NCBI GenBank assembly: GCA_965243025.1
Contig: CBDETY010000003.1
Span: 736,001-800,000 of the forward strand
DNA: 64,000 nt
Source of the DNA: Candidatus Latescibacterota bacterium
GTDB lineage: Bacteria > Latescibacterota > UBA2968 > UBA8231
Reading direction: 5' to 3'
Position 1 is the stretch's first letter; every line of letters begins with the position of its first letter. The notes under the pieces were generated by a model. That model was not told the origin of the DNA. It worked only from the letters and a program-made list of their open reading frames with translations, and searched no databases. The translations under genes were made by a program, and so were the position numbers. This document shows, piece after piece, positions 28,089 to 38,327 of this stretch.

Positions 28089-28861
28089 GGCATTTTTTCG
28101 CGCTCGACACGCCGTGGTCGGATGGGTCCAGCCACCTGCTGCGCAGGATGCCCCTCCGCCAGAAGCCTGCCGTACCCCTCGACGGGATCGCGGTGTCCCA
28201 GGGCCTGCAGACAGCCCCAGAACGTCGCCAGGTTGCTGGAAACCACCGGCACACCGAGTTCGGCTTCCAGCCGTGCCAGCACATCGATGGTGCGCAGGTT
28301 GGTACAGCTGATGAACATTCCGTCGGCATCGTCCCGCCAGACGCGCCTGGCGAACTCGTACGTCTCCTGCGGCGTCACCTTGCCGATGCTGAACGCATCG
28401 ACGATGCCCATGCCGGCGACAGTCAGGACCCGGATACCTTCATCTTCCAGAAACTGCCTCTCCAGCACATTCAGCTCGTCCGGGTAAGGCGTGGCGACTG
28501 CGGCGCGCCGAACGCCGAGCGTGCGCAGGGATCCTGCAACCGCACCGGATGTCGTCACCGCATCTGCCTTACCCGCCCGTTCGATCCGGGCGCGCAACTC
28601 GGCCTCCCCTTCAACGCCGGCAACGAAACTGCTCGCAGTGCAGGCAAAGGCAATGACGTCCGCCTTTGCGCTCCCGAGCTCATCGGCGGCGCGCTCCACG
28701 TGTCGAAGCATCGCCCTGGAGTCGTCGACGTCGGCGCGGCTGTTCCGCATCCGCGCGGCAAAAACGCCGATACCGTCCGGAACCATCCGGTTGAATTCCG
28801 GTTCTGCGACTGTATTGGCCGACGGCACCAGCAAGCCGATTCGCCCGTTCTGTCCGTACAT
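28085..28861 (-). CDS. Maleate cis-trans isomerase / Asp-Glu racemase family protein
   Basis: RIGLLVPSANTVAEPE, FACTA and ISCTN catalytic Cys, ATPY, PVVSSN. Confidence 0.9.
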   Translation of the reverse strand: MYGQNGRIGLLVPSANTVAEPEFNRMVPDGIGVFAARMRNSRADVDDSRAMLRHVERAADELGSAKADVIAFACTASSFVAGVEGEAELRARIERAGKADAVTTSGAVAGSLRTLGVRRAAVATPYPDELNVLERQFLEDEGIRVLTVAGMGIVDAFSIGKVTPQETYEFARRVWRDDADGMFISCTNLRTIDVLARLEAELGVPVVSSNLATFWGCLQALGHRDPVEGYGRLLAEGHPAQQVAGPIRPRRVEREKMP

Positions 28862-28919
28862 TCGACCACCTTTTGTTCACGCTTGATTTCCTGCCTCCGG
28901 CCTTTCCAAAATAACGCTT

Positions 28920-29951
28920 ATGTCCTCGATGAAACGCACATTCCTTTCGCTCGTGCCGCTCGTCCTGGTCCTGGCGGCCGCCGGCGCGGCGCTGGCCGAC
29001 GGTGAGGTCAACCTCTACTCGCACCGTCACTACGACGCCGATCGGGTGCTCTACGACCGGTTCGAGAAGCAGACCGGGATCGAGGTCAACGTCATCCAGG
29101 GCAAGGCGGACGAGCTGATCGCCCGGCTGTCGCGTGAAGGGGCGGCATCCCCGGCCGACATCCTGCTGACCGTCGACGCCGGCCGCCTGGTGCGGGCGCA
29201 GTCGATGGGCCTGCTCGAACCGGCGACCTCGGCGCTTCTGCAGGCCAACGTGCCGGCTCACCTGCGCGATCCGGCCGGCCACTGGGTCGGCCTCACGCAG
29301 CGCGCCCGCGTCTTCGTCTACCACCCGGACCGGGTGTCGCCCGGCGAGCTTTCCACCTATGCCGACCTCGCGCACCCCAGGTGGAAGGGGCGCGTCCTGA
29401 TCCGGTCATCGTCGAACATCTACAACCAGTCCCTGCTCGCTTCCGTCATCGCCAACGAGGGGGAGGCCGCCGCCGCGGCGTGGGCGGCCGGCGTCGTCGC
29501 CAACATGGCGCGCACGCCGCAGGGCAACGACCGCGACCAGATGAAGGCGGTGGCCGCCGGCGAGGGCGACCTCGCGGTCGTCAACACCTACTACGTCGGC
29601 CGTCTGATCGACTCGGAGGACGAGTACGAACGCGAGGTCGGAGAGCAGGTGCGGGTGTTCTTCCCGAACCAGGAGGATCGGGGCGCTCACGTCAACGTCA
29701 GCGGCGCCGGGATCACGATGAGCGCCGGGAATCGCGACAACGCCATCAAGCTGCTGGAGTTCCTGACCGCGGCCGAGGCGCAGGAACTGTTCTCCGCGGC
29801 CAACTACGAGTACCCGGTCAATCCGGCGGTGAGCCCGTCGGCTCTCCTCCAGTCGTGGGGCGGCTTCACCGCCGACGACCTGCCGCTGAACCGTCTGGGC
29901 GAGCTCAACGCAGACGCGGTGCGGGTCTTCGACCGCGCCGGGTGGCGGTAG
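28920..29951 (+). CDS. Fe(3+) ABC transporter substrate-binding protein (FutA/IdiA-like)
   Basis: Signal peptide, VNLYSHRHY, TVDAGRL, RSSSNIYNQSL, NTYY, NYEYP. Confidence 0.93.
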   Translation: MSSMKRTFLSLVPLVLVLAAAGAALADGEVNLYSHRHYDADRVLYDRFEKQTGIEVNVIQGKADELIARLSREGAASPADILLTVDAGRLVRAQSMGLLEPATSALLQANVPAHLRDPAGHWVGLTQRARVFVYHPDRVSPGELSTYADLAHPRWKGRVLIRSSSNIYNQSLLASVIANEGEAAAAAWAAGVVANMARTPQGNDRDQMKAVAAGEGDLAVVNTYYVGRLIDSEDEYEREVGEQVRVFFPNQEDRGAHVNVSGAGITMSAGNRDNAIKLLEFLTAAEAQELFSAANYEYPVNPAVSPSALLQSWGGFTADDLPLNRLGELNADAVRVFDRAGWR

Positions 29952-29959
29952 CGCACGAG

Positions 29960-31675
29960 ATGCGGTTGGTGCGGCTGCGGCGGATCCTGCGCTCCGGAGT
30001 CGACGTGCGGCCGGCGCCGCCCGCCCCGGGACCGGGATTCCGGGCTTCGGGGGCCTGGCTGGCTGCCCCGACAGCGGTCGCCGTCCTGATCGGCGCGCCC
30101 CTCCTGGTGGTGATCGCCAACCTGGACGGGTTCCTCTCCGCGGATATGGGCCACCTGGTGCGGACCGTCCTGCCGGGCTACATCGTCACCACCGTCTTCC
30201 TGGTCGTACTGGTGACGGCGCTGTGCGCCCTCGTCGGCGTGGCCTCGGCCTGGCTGGTGACGGTGTACGACTTCCCCGGCCGGCGGGCGCTGGGGTGGCT
30301 GCTGGTGCTGCCGCTGGCCCTCCCGACCTACATCGGCGCCCTGGCGTACGCGGGCATCTTCGACTACACGGGGCCGGCCCAGTTGCTGTTCCGTGAGGTG
30401 CTTCAGATTCCGGCGGGCGCCTACCCGATCCTGCGGGTGCGCGGCTTCTGGGGGCTGACATTCGTGCTCGCCGCGCTGCTGTACCCCTATGTCTATCTCA
30501 CCGCCCGCGCCGCCTTCGCCCGCCAGGGAGCGACCCTGCTCGAGGTGTCCCGCAGCCTGGGCTGCTCCGGCGTCGAGGCATTCGCCCGCGCCGTCCTGCC
30601 GGCAACCCGGCCGGCCCTGGCCGCCGGGGTGATGCTGGTGGGGATGGAGACGCTGGGCGAGTTCGGGGCCTCGCACTACCTCGGCGTCGACACCCTCACT
30701 ATCGGCATCTTCCGCAGCTGGTTCGGCCTCGGCAGCGTGCGCGCGGCGCTGGCCCTGGGAGCGTTGCTGCTCCTCATCGTCGCGCTGCTGCAGGCGGCCG
30801 AGCACCGCCAGCGCGGCGCCGCGCGGTTCCATGACGCGACCCTGCGCGACCGGCCCCTGGTCCGCCGGCGCCTCCACGGCGAGGCGGCGCTGGCAGCCTG
30901 CGCGGTCTGCTCCGTTCCCGTGATCACCGGATTCGCGCTGCCGGTCGCCCAACTCATGTGGTGGTCGGCCCGCCGGCTGCCGGGCTTCGACCTGGAGCTC
31001 GTCCGCTTGACGGCGGCCAGCATCGGCCTGGCGGCCGTGGCGACCGCCGCCACGGTGACGCTCGCCGTGCTGGTCGCGTACGCGGCGCGGGTGCGCAGGG
31101 ACCGCCTGGTCGCCGCGCTTGCCCGGTGGTCGTCCGCCGGCTATGCGGTCCCGGCGGCGGTGCTGGCGGTCGGTATCGCCACCGCCAGCACCTGGGTCGA
31201 CCACCGGCTGAACAACGCGGTCGACGCCCTCTTCGGCTTCGCGCCGGGCCTGCTGCTCACCGCCTCCGGCCTGGCGCTGATGGCCGGATACGTGGTGCGC
31301 TTCTTCGCGCTGGGGTACCACTCGATCGATGCCGGTTTCGCCCGCATCCCGGCGCGGTTCGACGAAGTGGGCCGGGTGCTCGGCCTGCGGCCGGGAGGGG
31401 GCCTGCTGCACGTCGCCCTGCCGAACCTGCGGCCCGCCCTGATGACGGCATCGATCCTGATGGTCGTCGAGATGCTGAAAGAGCTGCCCCTGACGCTGAT
31501 CCTGCGGCCGTTCCGCCTGGAAACCCTGGCCACCAACGTGTTCCGGCTGGCGGGCAACGAGCAGCTCATCGCCGCGGCCCCGTACGCCTTGGTGCTCATC
31601 GCCGCCGGGCTCGGCCCGGTCCTGATCCTCAACCGCGTGGGTGCGGCCGGCCCCGGTCTTCCGCGGCCCCGCTGA
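29960..31675 (+). CDS. Fe(3+) ABC transporter permease
   Basis: FPGRR, LPLALPTY, LYPYVYL, METLGEFG, KELPLTLILRPF. Confidence 0.92.
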   Translation: MRLVRLRRILRSGVDVRPAPPAPGPGFRASGAWLAAPTAVAVLIGAPLLVVIANLDGFLSADMGHLVRTVLPGYIVTTVFLVVLVTALCALVGVASAWLVTVYDFPGRRALGWLLVLPLALPTYIGALAYAGIFDYTGPAQLLFREVLQIPAGAYPILRVRGFWGLTFVLAALLYPYVYLTARAAFARQGATLLEVSRSLGCSGVEAFARAVLPATRPALAAGVMLVGMETLGEFGASHYLGVDTLTIGIFRSWFGLGSVRAALALGALLLLIVALLQAAEHRQRGAARFHDATLRDRPLVRRRLHGEAALAACAVCSVPVITGFALPVAQLMWWSARRLPGFDLELVRLTAASIGLAAVATAATVTLAVLVAYAARVRRDRLVAALARWSSAGYAVPAAVLAVGIATASTWVDHRLNNAVDALFGFAPGLLLTASGLALMAGYVVRFFALGYHSIDAGFARIPARFDEVGRVLGLRPGGGLLHVALPNLRPALMTASILMVVEMLKELPLTLILRPFRLETLATNVFRLAGNEQLIAAAPYALVLIAAGLGPVLILNRVGAAGPGLPRPR

Positions 31676-31685
31676 CCGCTTGTCC

Positions 31686-32762
31686 ATGCTCCGCCACCGG
31701 CCTCCGCACAACCCTCAGGCACCCTCCGGGGGCGGCCTGACGCTCAGTTCCGTATGCAAGCGGTTCGAGGGGAGCCCGGCGCCGGCGGTGGACGGGGTTT
31801 CCCTCGCCGTGGAGGAGGGCGGGACCACCGCGGTCCTGGGCGAAAGCGGCAGCGGCAAGACCACGCTGCTGCGGCTGGTGGCCGGGTTCGAGGAGCCCGA
31901 CTCCGGCACCATCGAGGTGGGCGGTCTGCCGGTCGCCGACAGCAGGGGCTCCCTGCCGCCGGAGGAGCGCAACGTCGGCGTCGTCTTCCAGGACACGGCG
32001 CTGCTGCCCCACCTGACGCTGCGGCAGAACATCGCCTTCGGACTGCGCCGCATGCCGGAAGGGGAGCGCCGGCGGCGGGTCGACGAGGTGGTCGACCTGG
32101 TGCAGGTGGGTGACGCCCAGGAGCGGTTTCCTCACCAGGTCTCGGGCGGCCAGGCGCAACGCGCAGCGATCGCCCGCGCCCTGGCCCCGCGGCCCGGGGT
32201 GCTGCTGCTGGACGAACCGCTCAACAACCTCGACGGGCCGCTGCGGGCGCAGCTCATCGAAGAGTTGCGGGGGATCCTCGCCCTGCGGACCACCACGGCC
32301 CTGTTCGTCACCCACGACCGGGACGAGGCGTTCAACATCGCCGACCGGGTGGCCGTGCTCCGAGGCGGCCGGCTGCAACAGGCCGGATCGCCCGAGGAGC
32401 TCTACTGGTCGCCGGCCAACGGCTTCGTCGCGTCTCTTCTTGGAAAGACCAACCTGATTCCGGTTCGCCGCATCGGCGGCGACTGGGTCACCGACCTGGG
32501 GCCGGCCGGCAGGGCGCAGCCCATCGACGCCGACGGGCAGCCCGTGGTATCGATCCGGCCCGGCCAGGTGTGCGTAGGGACGGAGGAAGCCGGCGGCGCC
32601 AACCGCCCCGGCAGGGTGGTGACGGCGCGGTTCCTGGGGGAGACGCGGGAGCTGACGATCGAGCTGCAGGGCGAGGGCGGCCGGCTGCGGGTCACCGCTC
32701 ATGTCGACGCGGCGGCGCGCTTCAGCGCCGGGGACCGCGTGTTCGTGTCCGTCGTGCCGTAA
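31686..32762 (+). CDS. Fe(3+) ABC transporter ATP-binding protein with TOBE domain
   Basis: GESGSGKTT, VFQD, SGGQAQR, LLLDEP, VTHD. Confidence 0.93.
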   Translation: MLRHRPPHNPQAPSGGGLTLSSVCKRFEGSPAPAVDGVSLAVEEGGTTAVLGESGSGKTTLLRLVAGFEEPDSGTIEVGGLPVADSRGSLPPEERNVGVVFQDTALLPHLTLRQNIAFGLRRMPEGERRRRVDEVVDLVQVGDAQERFPHQVSGGQAQRAAIARALAPRPGVLLLDEPLNNLDGPLRAQLIEELRGILALRTTTALFVTHDRDEAFNIADRVAVLRGGRLQQAGSPEELYWSPANGFVASLLGKTNLIPVRRIGGDWVTDLGPAGRAQPIDADGQPVVSIRPGQVCVGTEEAGGANRPGRVVTARFLGETRELTIELQGEGGRLRVTAHVDAAARFSAGDRVFVSVVP

Positions 32763-32927
32763 ACCCCGCGCCGATGCGCAGGGCAATCCCTGGACCATCC
32801 CTCAACCAGGGCGACGGTGCGGGACGAGTCGGCGGAGCGCCCGTTGCATCGTTCCCCGGTTCAATGCGGGGTGCCCTGCCACCGACGCTGAAGGCCAATA
32901 TTCAACCAACAGCCGAAGGATTTCCCC

Positions 32928-33875
32928 ATGGCAAGTCAGTTTCTCGTGGATGGCGACCTGTTCGTCGAAGTGGTGGACAACGACGACGGAGGAGGTTTTT
33001 CCCCGAAACGGGTCGAGGAGCTCTCCCGGGCGAACAAGGAAGGCCGTTATGACGAGGTCGCTTTCCCGTTTGAACGGGCGAACGGTTACAACGGGGTGCG
33101 CCAGCTCTACAGCCGGCGCGGCCCGCAGGAGAACATCTTCCGGACGGCATGGGGGAGCAGCCTGAACTTCGAGTTCATCTACGACCGGTCCGGCCGGTCG
33201 ATGATTCCCCGTTGGCTCGGGGGGAAGCTCGGAACCCCGCCAACGCCGAGCCGACTCACCCGGCTCGACGACAACTCGGTCCAACTGACCACCTCGATCC
33301 CCGAACCCCGGCGCATCGAGGTCAGCACGACCTTCACCCTCGTCCCGCCCCATTACATCGATCTGGAAACCGCGTGCGTTGCCCACCCCGGCGCATTCGA
33401 CGGGGAGTGGCTGGGGCTGTTCTGGGCGAGCTACATCCACAGCCCCGAGAACAAGACCACCTGGTTCCTCGGCCGTCCGGACGAAAACGGCCCCGAACAG
33501 TGGATTGAATCGCTGGGGGAACAACCGGGGGGCGGGCGTGTCTTCGCGGGCGAAGCCGATTCGCTTGTCGAGGGTGAACCCGATCCCGGCGGCGGCCTGT
33601 TCCACAACATCCGGCCGGCGCGGTATGCGCATCCGTTCTTTTTCGGGTGCTGGCGCGGCATGATGCTCGAACTGATGATCAAAAGCTCCGAGTCCCTTCG
33701 GTTCGCGATTCAGCCGACAGGGGGCGGACTGACGAACCCGGCGTGGGACTTTGCCATCCTCATCGAGGATTGCCAACCGTTGACCCGGTACGGTTTCAGT
33801 GCCCGCGCGGTCTTCAAGCCGTTCGTGAGCCGCGAAGACGCGTTGGAAGAGTACCGGAACTGGGTGGGCGGTTAG
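32928..33875 (+). CDS. Hypothetical protein (possible galactose-mutarotase-like beta-sandwich)
   Basis: Clean ORF with good codon bias; YNGV..L, LNFE, FWASYI, NPAWDF motifs. Confidence 0.65.
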   Translation: MASQFLVDGDLFVEVVDNDDGGGFSPKRVEELSRANKEGRYDEVAFPFERANGYNGVRQLYSRRGPQENIFRTAWGSSLNFEFIYDRSGRSMIPRWLGGKLGTPPTPSRLTRLDDNSVQLTTSIPEPRRIEVSTTFTLVPPHYIDLETACVAHPGAFDGEWLGLFWASYIHSPENKTTWFLGRPDENGPEQWIESLGEQPGGGRVFAGEADSLVEGEPDPGGGLFHNIRPARYAHPFFFGCWRGMMLELMIKSSESLRFAIQPTGGGLTNPAWDFAILIEDCQPLTRYGFSARAVFKPFVSREDALEEYRNWVGG

Positions 33876-33968
33876 TCTGCTGCAGCGCGGAACCGCGCCG
33901 GCGGTCACTCCGATGTCTCCACCTCGATGGGTGTGCACCGTCCTAGCGCGCCCACGGGCGCTGACCTA

Positions 33969-34976
33969 TTACCGCATTTCCGCCAGCGAGACCGTCCTGC
34001 GTTCCCTGGCCGAAACCGAGACGGCTGCGGCAATCTCGACATCGAGAAGGGCATCTTCCGGAGGATTGCGGGCCTGGCGGCGGCTTTCGATTGCATCGAG
34101 AAAGGTGGCTGCCTGCCGGACTTGTGGGGACGGGCGGTTCTCAAAAGCGCGAACCTCGGAGCGGCCCGCTTGATAAACGGTAATTGAATCCTTCCCGGGC
34201 GGGCTGTCGGCACTGGGCAGGATTCCGCCCTCCGCGCAGATGAATCGCGGCTGCGGGTCGGCCATGCCCTCCGGGCCTATGTAACTGGCCGTTGCCGAAG
34301 CGAAGGCCCCGTTTTCAAATCCGATCAGGGCCCCGCAGGTCTCCTCCGCAACGCCCCCGGGAGCGGTATTCCGCATCCGGTTGGCCATCGCGGACACCGT
34401 TGTCGGCCTGCCGAGAATCCAGCGGACGGCATTGAGATAGCAGTAACTCATGTGGGTAAGCGGCATCCCCCCGCTCGCCTCCTGGTCGCAGTACCACCCG
34501 TCCGGGTCCGGGTTCCAAAGAGCCATGGTCACGGCCATCACCGGCGCCCCCAGCTCACCTCCGGCCACGAGGCGCCGGATCTCCTCCCAGGCAGGGTCGT
34601 ACCGGCGCTGGAACCCGGCCTCCACGATCCGGCTGTTCCTGGCCGCCATTTCCACGATCTCGCGCCCGGTTTCCCTGCTTGAAGACAGGCACCCGCCCAC
34701 GAGGAGGTCGTAACCGGCCTTCAACGCCCAAAGGGAGACCTCGTCCTGAACGCGGTGCGGAACCTCGATCAGGACCGCGTCCGGCCGGGTTTCCTCCAGG
34801 CGGCGGAAGTCATCGAAGAAAGCGCCGCACACCAGCTCGGCCGCGCAGATTTCGGCGCGCAGTGCGCGCCGGGCGGCGACGCCGCAGATCTCCGCGCGGC
34901 CCGTCTCCAGAAACGCCCGGCCCCGGGTCCGGGCCATGTTCCCGGCTCCCACAATCGCTATCCGCTGTTTCGACAT
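33969..34976 (-). CDS. Gfo/Idh/MocA family oxidoreductase
   Basis: IAIVGAGNMA, GFQRRYDP, SGG; the usual EKP is replaced by GGC. Confidence 0.85.
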   Translation of the reverse strand: MSKQRIAIVGAGNMARTRGRAFLETGRAEICGVAARRALRAEICAAELVCGAFFDDFRRLEETRPDAVLIEVPHRVQDEVSLWALKAGYDLLVGGCLSSSRETGREIVEMAARNSRIVEAGFQRRYDPAWEEIRRLVAGGELGAPVMAVTMALWNPDPDGWYCDQEASGGMPLTHMSYCYLNAVRWILGRPTTVSAMANRMRNTAPGGVAEETCGALIGFENGAFASATASYIGPEGMADPQPRFICAEGGILPSADSPPGKDSITVYQAGRSEVRAFENRPSPQVRQAATFLDAIESRRQARNPPEDALLDVEIAAAVSVSARERRTVSLAEMR

Positions 34977-35159
34977 ATCGCTACCGCTACCGCTTCCGCT
35001 TCCTGGGTGAAAGTCATCGAGCCGTTCGCGGGCTTGGTGCCCGGCTCAACTTCAGCAACCCGTGGGGCTTCTCCCGGCGCGACCACTGCAAGGAGCGGCG
35101 GACCATCCGCAGCCGGAACTGGAACTACCTCATGGACCTGCCGGCCTGAACACTTTCTG

Positions 35160-35885
35160 TTACCCGGTTTCTGCGAGAACCGCGTTCAGTCGTTCCGGGA
35201 AATTCGTCAGGATCCCGTCGACGCCGATGTCGATGAAACCCCGCATGTCTTCGGGGGTGTCGGCATAGAAGACGTGGACGATCCGGCCTGCCGCGTGGGC
35301 CTTGCGGACATAACCCGCAGTCGTGATGTCCCGGCCCGGCTGCATCGTCCGGAGCCCCATCTCCACCGATTTCCGGAGGTACTCCTCCGGCGTGCGCCCG
35401 GCGCGGAAGATCCGGCACTCGATCCGGGGGTCGATTCCGGCAAAAATCCCAACGCTGTCATCGCTGCATGCCAGAATGGAATCGTCCACCATCCGGAAGT
35501 CCTGCAACGCCTTTGCAACCTTGCGTTCAAAATTCCCGTCAGGAACGCCTCCCTCTTTCAGGTGGACATTCAGCCCGACCTTTCCCTGCACGAGGTCCAA
35601 CGCTTCCTCCCAGGTCGGCACACGTTCGTTCCGGAACTGATCACCGAACGCGCTTCCCGCGTCGAGGGCCTTGATTTCGGCCAGCGTGAGCTCCGCGATC
35701 GCGCCTGTTCCGTCGGTTGTTCGATCCACGGCAGCATCGTGCATGACCACGAGGTGCCCATCCCTTGTGGAGTGAAGGTCGAGCTCGATCTCGTCGACAC
35801 CGATTTCCAACGCCTTCTGAAAGGCGATCAACGTGTTTTCGGGGCAGCTTCCCGAGGCGCCCCTGTGGGCGACATTAGCAACCAT
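35160..35885 (-). CDS. Glycerophosphodiester phosphodiesterase
   Basis: VAHRGAS..PENT, IELD, VVMHD..VDRTT, GVDGILTNFP. Confidence 0.93.
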   Translation of the reverse strand: MVANVAHRGASGSCPENTLIAFQKALEIGVDEIELDLHSTRDGHLVVMHDAAVDRTTDGTGAIAELTLAEIKALDAGSAFGDQFRNERVPTWEEALDLVQGKVGLNVHLKEGGVPDGNFERKVAKALQDFRMVDDSILACSDDSVGIFAGIDPRIECRIFRAGRTPEEYLRKSVEMGLRTMQPGRDITTAGYVRKAHAAGRIVHVFYADTPEDMRGFIDIGVDGILTNFPERLNAVLAETG

Positions 35886-35987
35886 CGTTGGTTTCCTTTT
35901 TGTTGAATCCGGTTTCCAGCCTGACCAGCCCTTTGAAAAAACCCACCCGGATCAACGAACTGCAATAGCCAATGGATGATAACGCCC

Positions 35988-36845
35988 ATGCCTTGTGAGC
36001 CGATGCTCTACGAAATGCACATGCACACCCCGCTCTGCAAACACGCGCGCGGCGAGCCTGAGGAGTATGCCGAAGCGGCCCTGCGGCGGGGCCTGAAGGG
36101 CATCGTTGTCACCGACCACAACCCCACGGACGACGGCTGGTCCCCCGGGGCGCGGATGGGCGTGGAGGAACTGGGGGACTACGCGGCCATGGTCGAGCGC
36201 GCCCGCAAGACGTGGGCGGGCCGGGTCGACGTCCGCCTCGGCCTCGAGAGCGATTACGTGCCCGGCATGGAGCCGTGGCTGGAGAAGCTGCACGGAATGG
36301 CTGAATTCCACCACGTTCTCGGTTCGGTCCACCCAAATCTTCCCCAGTACATCGACCGCTTCTACCGGGGTGACGTGGAGGCCTATTCCGGCACCTACTT
36401 CGAGCATCTGGCCATGGCCGCGGAGACCGGCCTGTTCGACACCATCGCCCATCCCGACCTGGTCAAGAACTTCTCGCCTACGGACTGGCATCCGGAGCGG
36501 GCCATGGACCATATCCTCCCCTGTCTCGACCGCATCGCCGCCGCCGGGACGGCCATGGAACTGAACACGTCGGGACGCAACAAGGCATATGCCGAGATGA
36601 ACCCGGGACCGGCCGTGCTGGCGGAAATGGCCAACCGCGGAATTCCTGCGGTCATCGGCGCGGACGCCCATGTTCCCGACCGGGTCGCCGACGGGTTTGT
36701 CGACGCCCTCGATATGCTCGAAGAGGCCGGGTACAGCGAGGTGAGCCTGTTTCTCCATCGACGGCGGCAGGACCTGCCCATCGACCGGGTGCGGGCCAGC
36801 CTGATGGCGGCCGGGCAGACCGAGGCCGCGGAGCGCACCCCATGA
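35988..36845 (+). CDS. Histidinol-phosphatase HisJ family (PHP domain)
   Basis: HMHTPLCKHA, TDH, GLESD, LGSVH, AHPD, ELNTSG, GADAH. Confidence 0.9.
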   Translation: MPCEPMLYEMHMHTPLCKHARGEPEEYAEAALRRGLKGIVVTDHNPTDDGWSPGARMGVEELGDYAAMVERARKTWAGRVDVRLGLESDYVPGMEPWLEKLHGMAEFHHVLGSVHPNLPQYIDRFYRGDVEAYSGTYFEHLAMAAETGLFDTIAHPDLVKNFSPTDWHPERAMDHILPCLDRIAAAGTAMELNTSGRNKAYAEMNPGPAVLAEMANRGIPAVIGADAHVPDRVADGFVDALDMLEEAGYSEVSLFLHRRRQDLPIDRVRASLMAAGQTEAAERTP

Positions 36846-36885
36846 CGCGGTTGGTCTGCGGTGTGGTGAACCCATACCCGGACAC

Positions 36886-38088
36886 CTAAACCCCCCACCG
36901 CTCCATCTTCTCCTCGTCCAGGTCGATGCCGAGACCGGGACCCTCGAAAGGGACGAGTTCGCCCCCGGAGAGGGAAAAGGGCGTTGTGCACACGTCCCCC
37001 TGAAGCAGGCCCGGGCCCACGAGGTCCGAGGGTATGCGGACGCTTGCCGACGCCACCGCGAGGTGCACCGAGGCAGCGGTACCCGGGCCCAGTTCGATGG
37101 TGCTTCCCAGCAGGGCGGGAATCCCCGCGGTTTCGGCGGCGTGGATCAGCCGCTGGGCGCGGCGCAGTCCGCCGGCCTGGCAGGGCACGACATTGACGAT
37201 ATCCACGGCCCGGTGCCGGATCACCGCCGCCAGGAAAACATCTCCCAGGTCGGCGACGTGCTCGATGATCGGAATGGGGGAGCGGGCCCTGACTCTGGCC
37301 AGGGCCGCGGCGATACCGTCGGCGTCCGCTTCGATGCGGGCCGGATCTTCCCGGGACATGGGCCGCGACAGGGCGCGGATCGGCGTCTCGCAGGTGTCGG
37401 CGCCGGCCTCTGCCATATCCTCGAGCCTGGACAAGGCCTCGTCTTCTTCCCAGAAACCGCTGGCGTCCACCTTGATATAAGCCGCGGCCCCTGCGATCCT
37501 GCGCGTCAGCCTCACTCTTTCCAGGTCCCGTTCCTGGTCTTCCCCCACCTTGAGCTTGAATGCCTTCATTCCCGAAGCCGTCTGGTCGGTCACTTCCCGT
37601 TCGAGGGCCTGAAGCTCCTCGGTAAGGGAGGCGTCGCCGCGCAGGAAGGCTACCCAGGAAACGGAGGCGGCCTGCCGGCAGCGGCCGCCCAGCAGTTCAT
37701 GGACCGGGAGTCCATGAATCCGGCCGGTCAGATCGAGGAAGGCGGTCTCGACCCCGAAGCGGATCAACTGCCTGAGCTCGGGATACCAGTCTCCGGGAAG
37801 CGCCTCCTCGACGCGGTCGCAGAGGGTGCGCCACGCACGGACGTCGCCGTCGAGCAGCAGGCCGGACAGCAGGGTCTGAAGGGCGGCGGCCGAAGGGGCG
37901 TTCATGCGGGGGGCGATATCGGAAACTTCGCCGATACCGGACGGGCCGCCGCGGGTTTTCAGCTCGATGACCTGGTAGGTGGACCGCCCGTGGTCGATGG
38001 TGTCCTTCAGGTTCTTGGGATCCGCGCAGTAGGTGTCGTAGATGCGGGGGACGGCAACCTGCCGTACGCGGACTTCGGCGATGCGCAT
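36886..38088 (-). CDS. Mandelate racemase/muconate lactonizing enzyme family protein
   Basis: GIGE, LDLTGR..GLPVHELLGG, FKLKVG, DAS, ETP, GPGLGIDLDE. Confidence 0.9.
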   Translation of the reverse strand: MRIAEVRVRQVAVPRIYDTYCADPKNLKDTIDHGRSTYQVIELKTRGGPSGIGEVSDIAPRMNAPSAAALQTLLSGLLLDGDVRAWRTLCDRVEEALPGDWYPELRQLIRFGVETAFLDLTGRIHGLPVHELLGGRCRQAASVSWVAFLRGDASLTEELQALEREVTDQTASGMKAFKLKVGEDQERDLERVRLTRRIAGAAAYIKVDASGFWEEDEALSRLEDMAEAGADTCETPIRALSRPMSREDPARIEADADGIAAALARVRARSPIPIIEHVADLGDVFLAAVIRHRAVDIVNVVPCQAGGLRRAQRLIHAAETAGIPALLGSTIELGPGTAASVHLAVASASVRIPSDLVGPGLLQGDVCTTPFSLSGGELVPFEGPGLGIDLDEEKMERWGV

Positions 38089-38327
38089 GTCGCTCCTTTC
38101 GCAATAGTGCCGATTGTTCCTGTATTTTCCGGTGCCCGGTCGAAATCAGAGACGAGGATGCGGCCAGATTTACCGGGAGGTGTGCCTCCGGCGCCAGCCG
38201 TTCAATTGACACGGTCGATACGGCCAGAACTCTGATCGACCGCGCAGTGGTGGAATCATCGGGATCGCGGCCTCCGGCCAGTTCCCGTTCCGGGCATGCC
38301 TGACAGGGCTGATTGAGACTGCTGCCG

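Noticed and set aside
28862-28919. Fur box upstream of the iron ABC operon
   Set aside because: No convincing GATAATGATAATCATTATC-like palindrome
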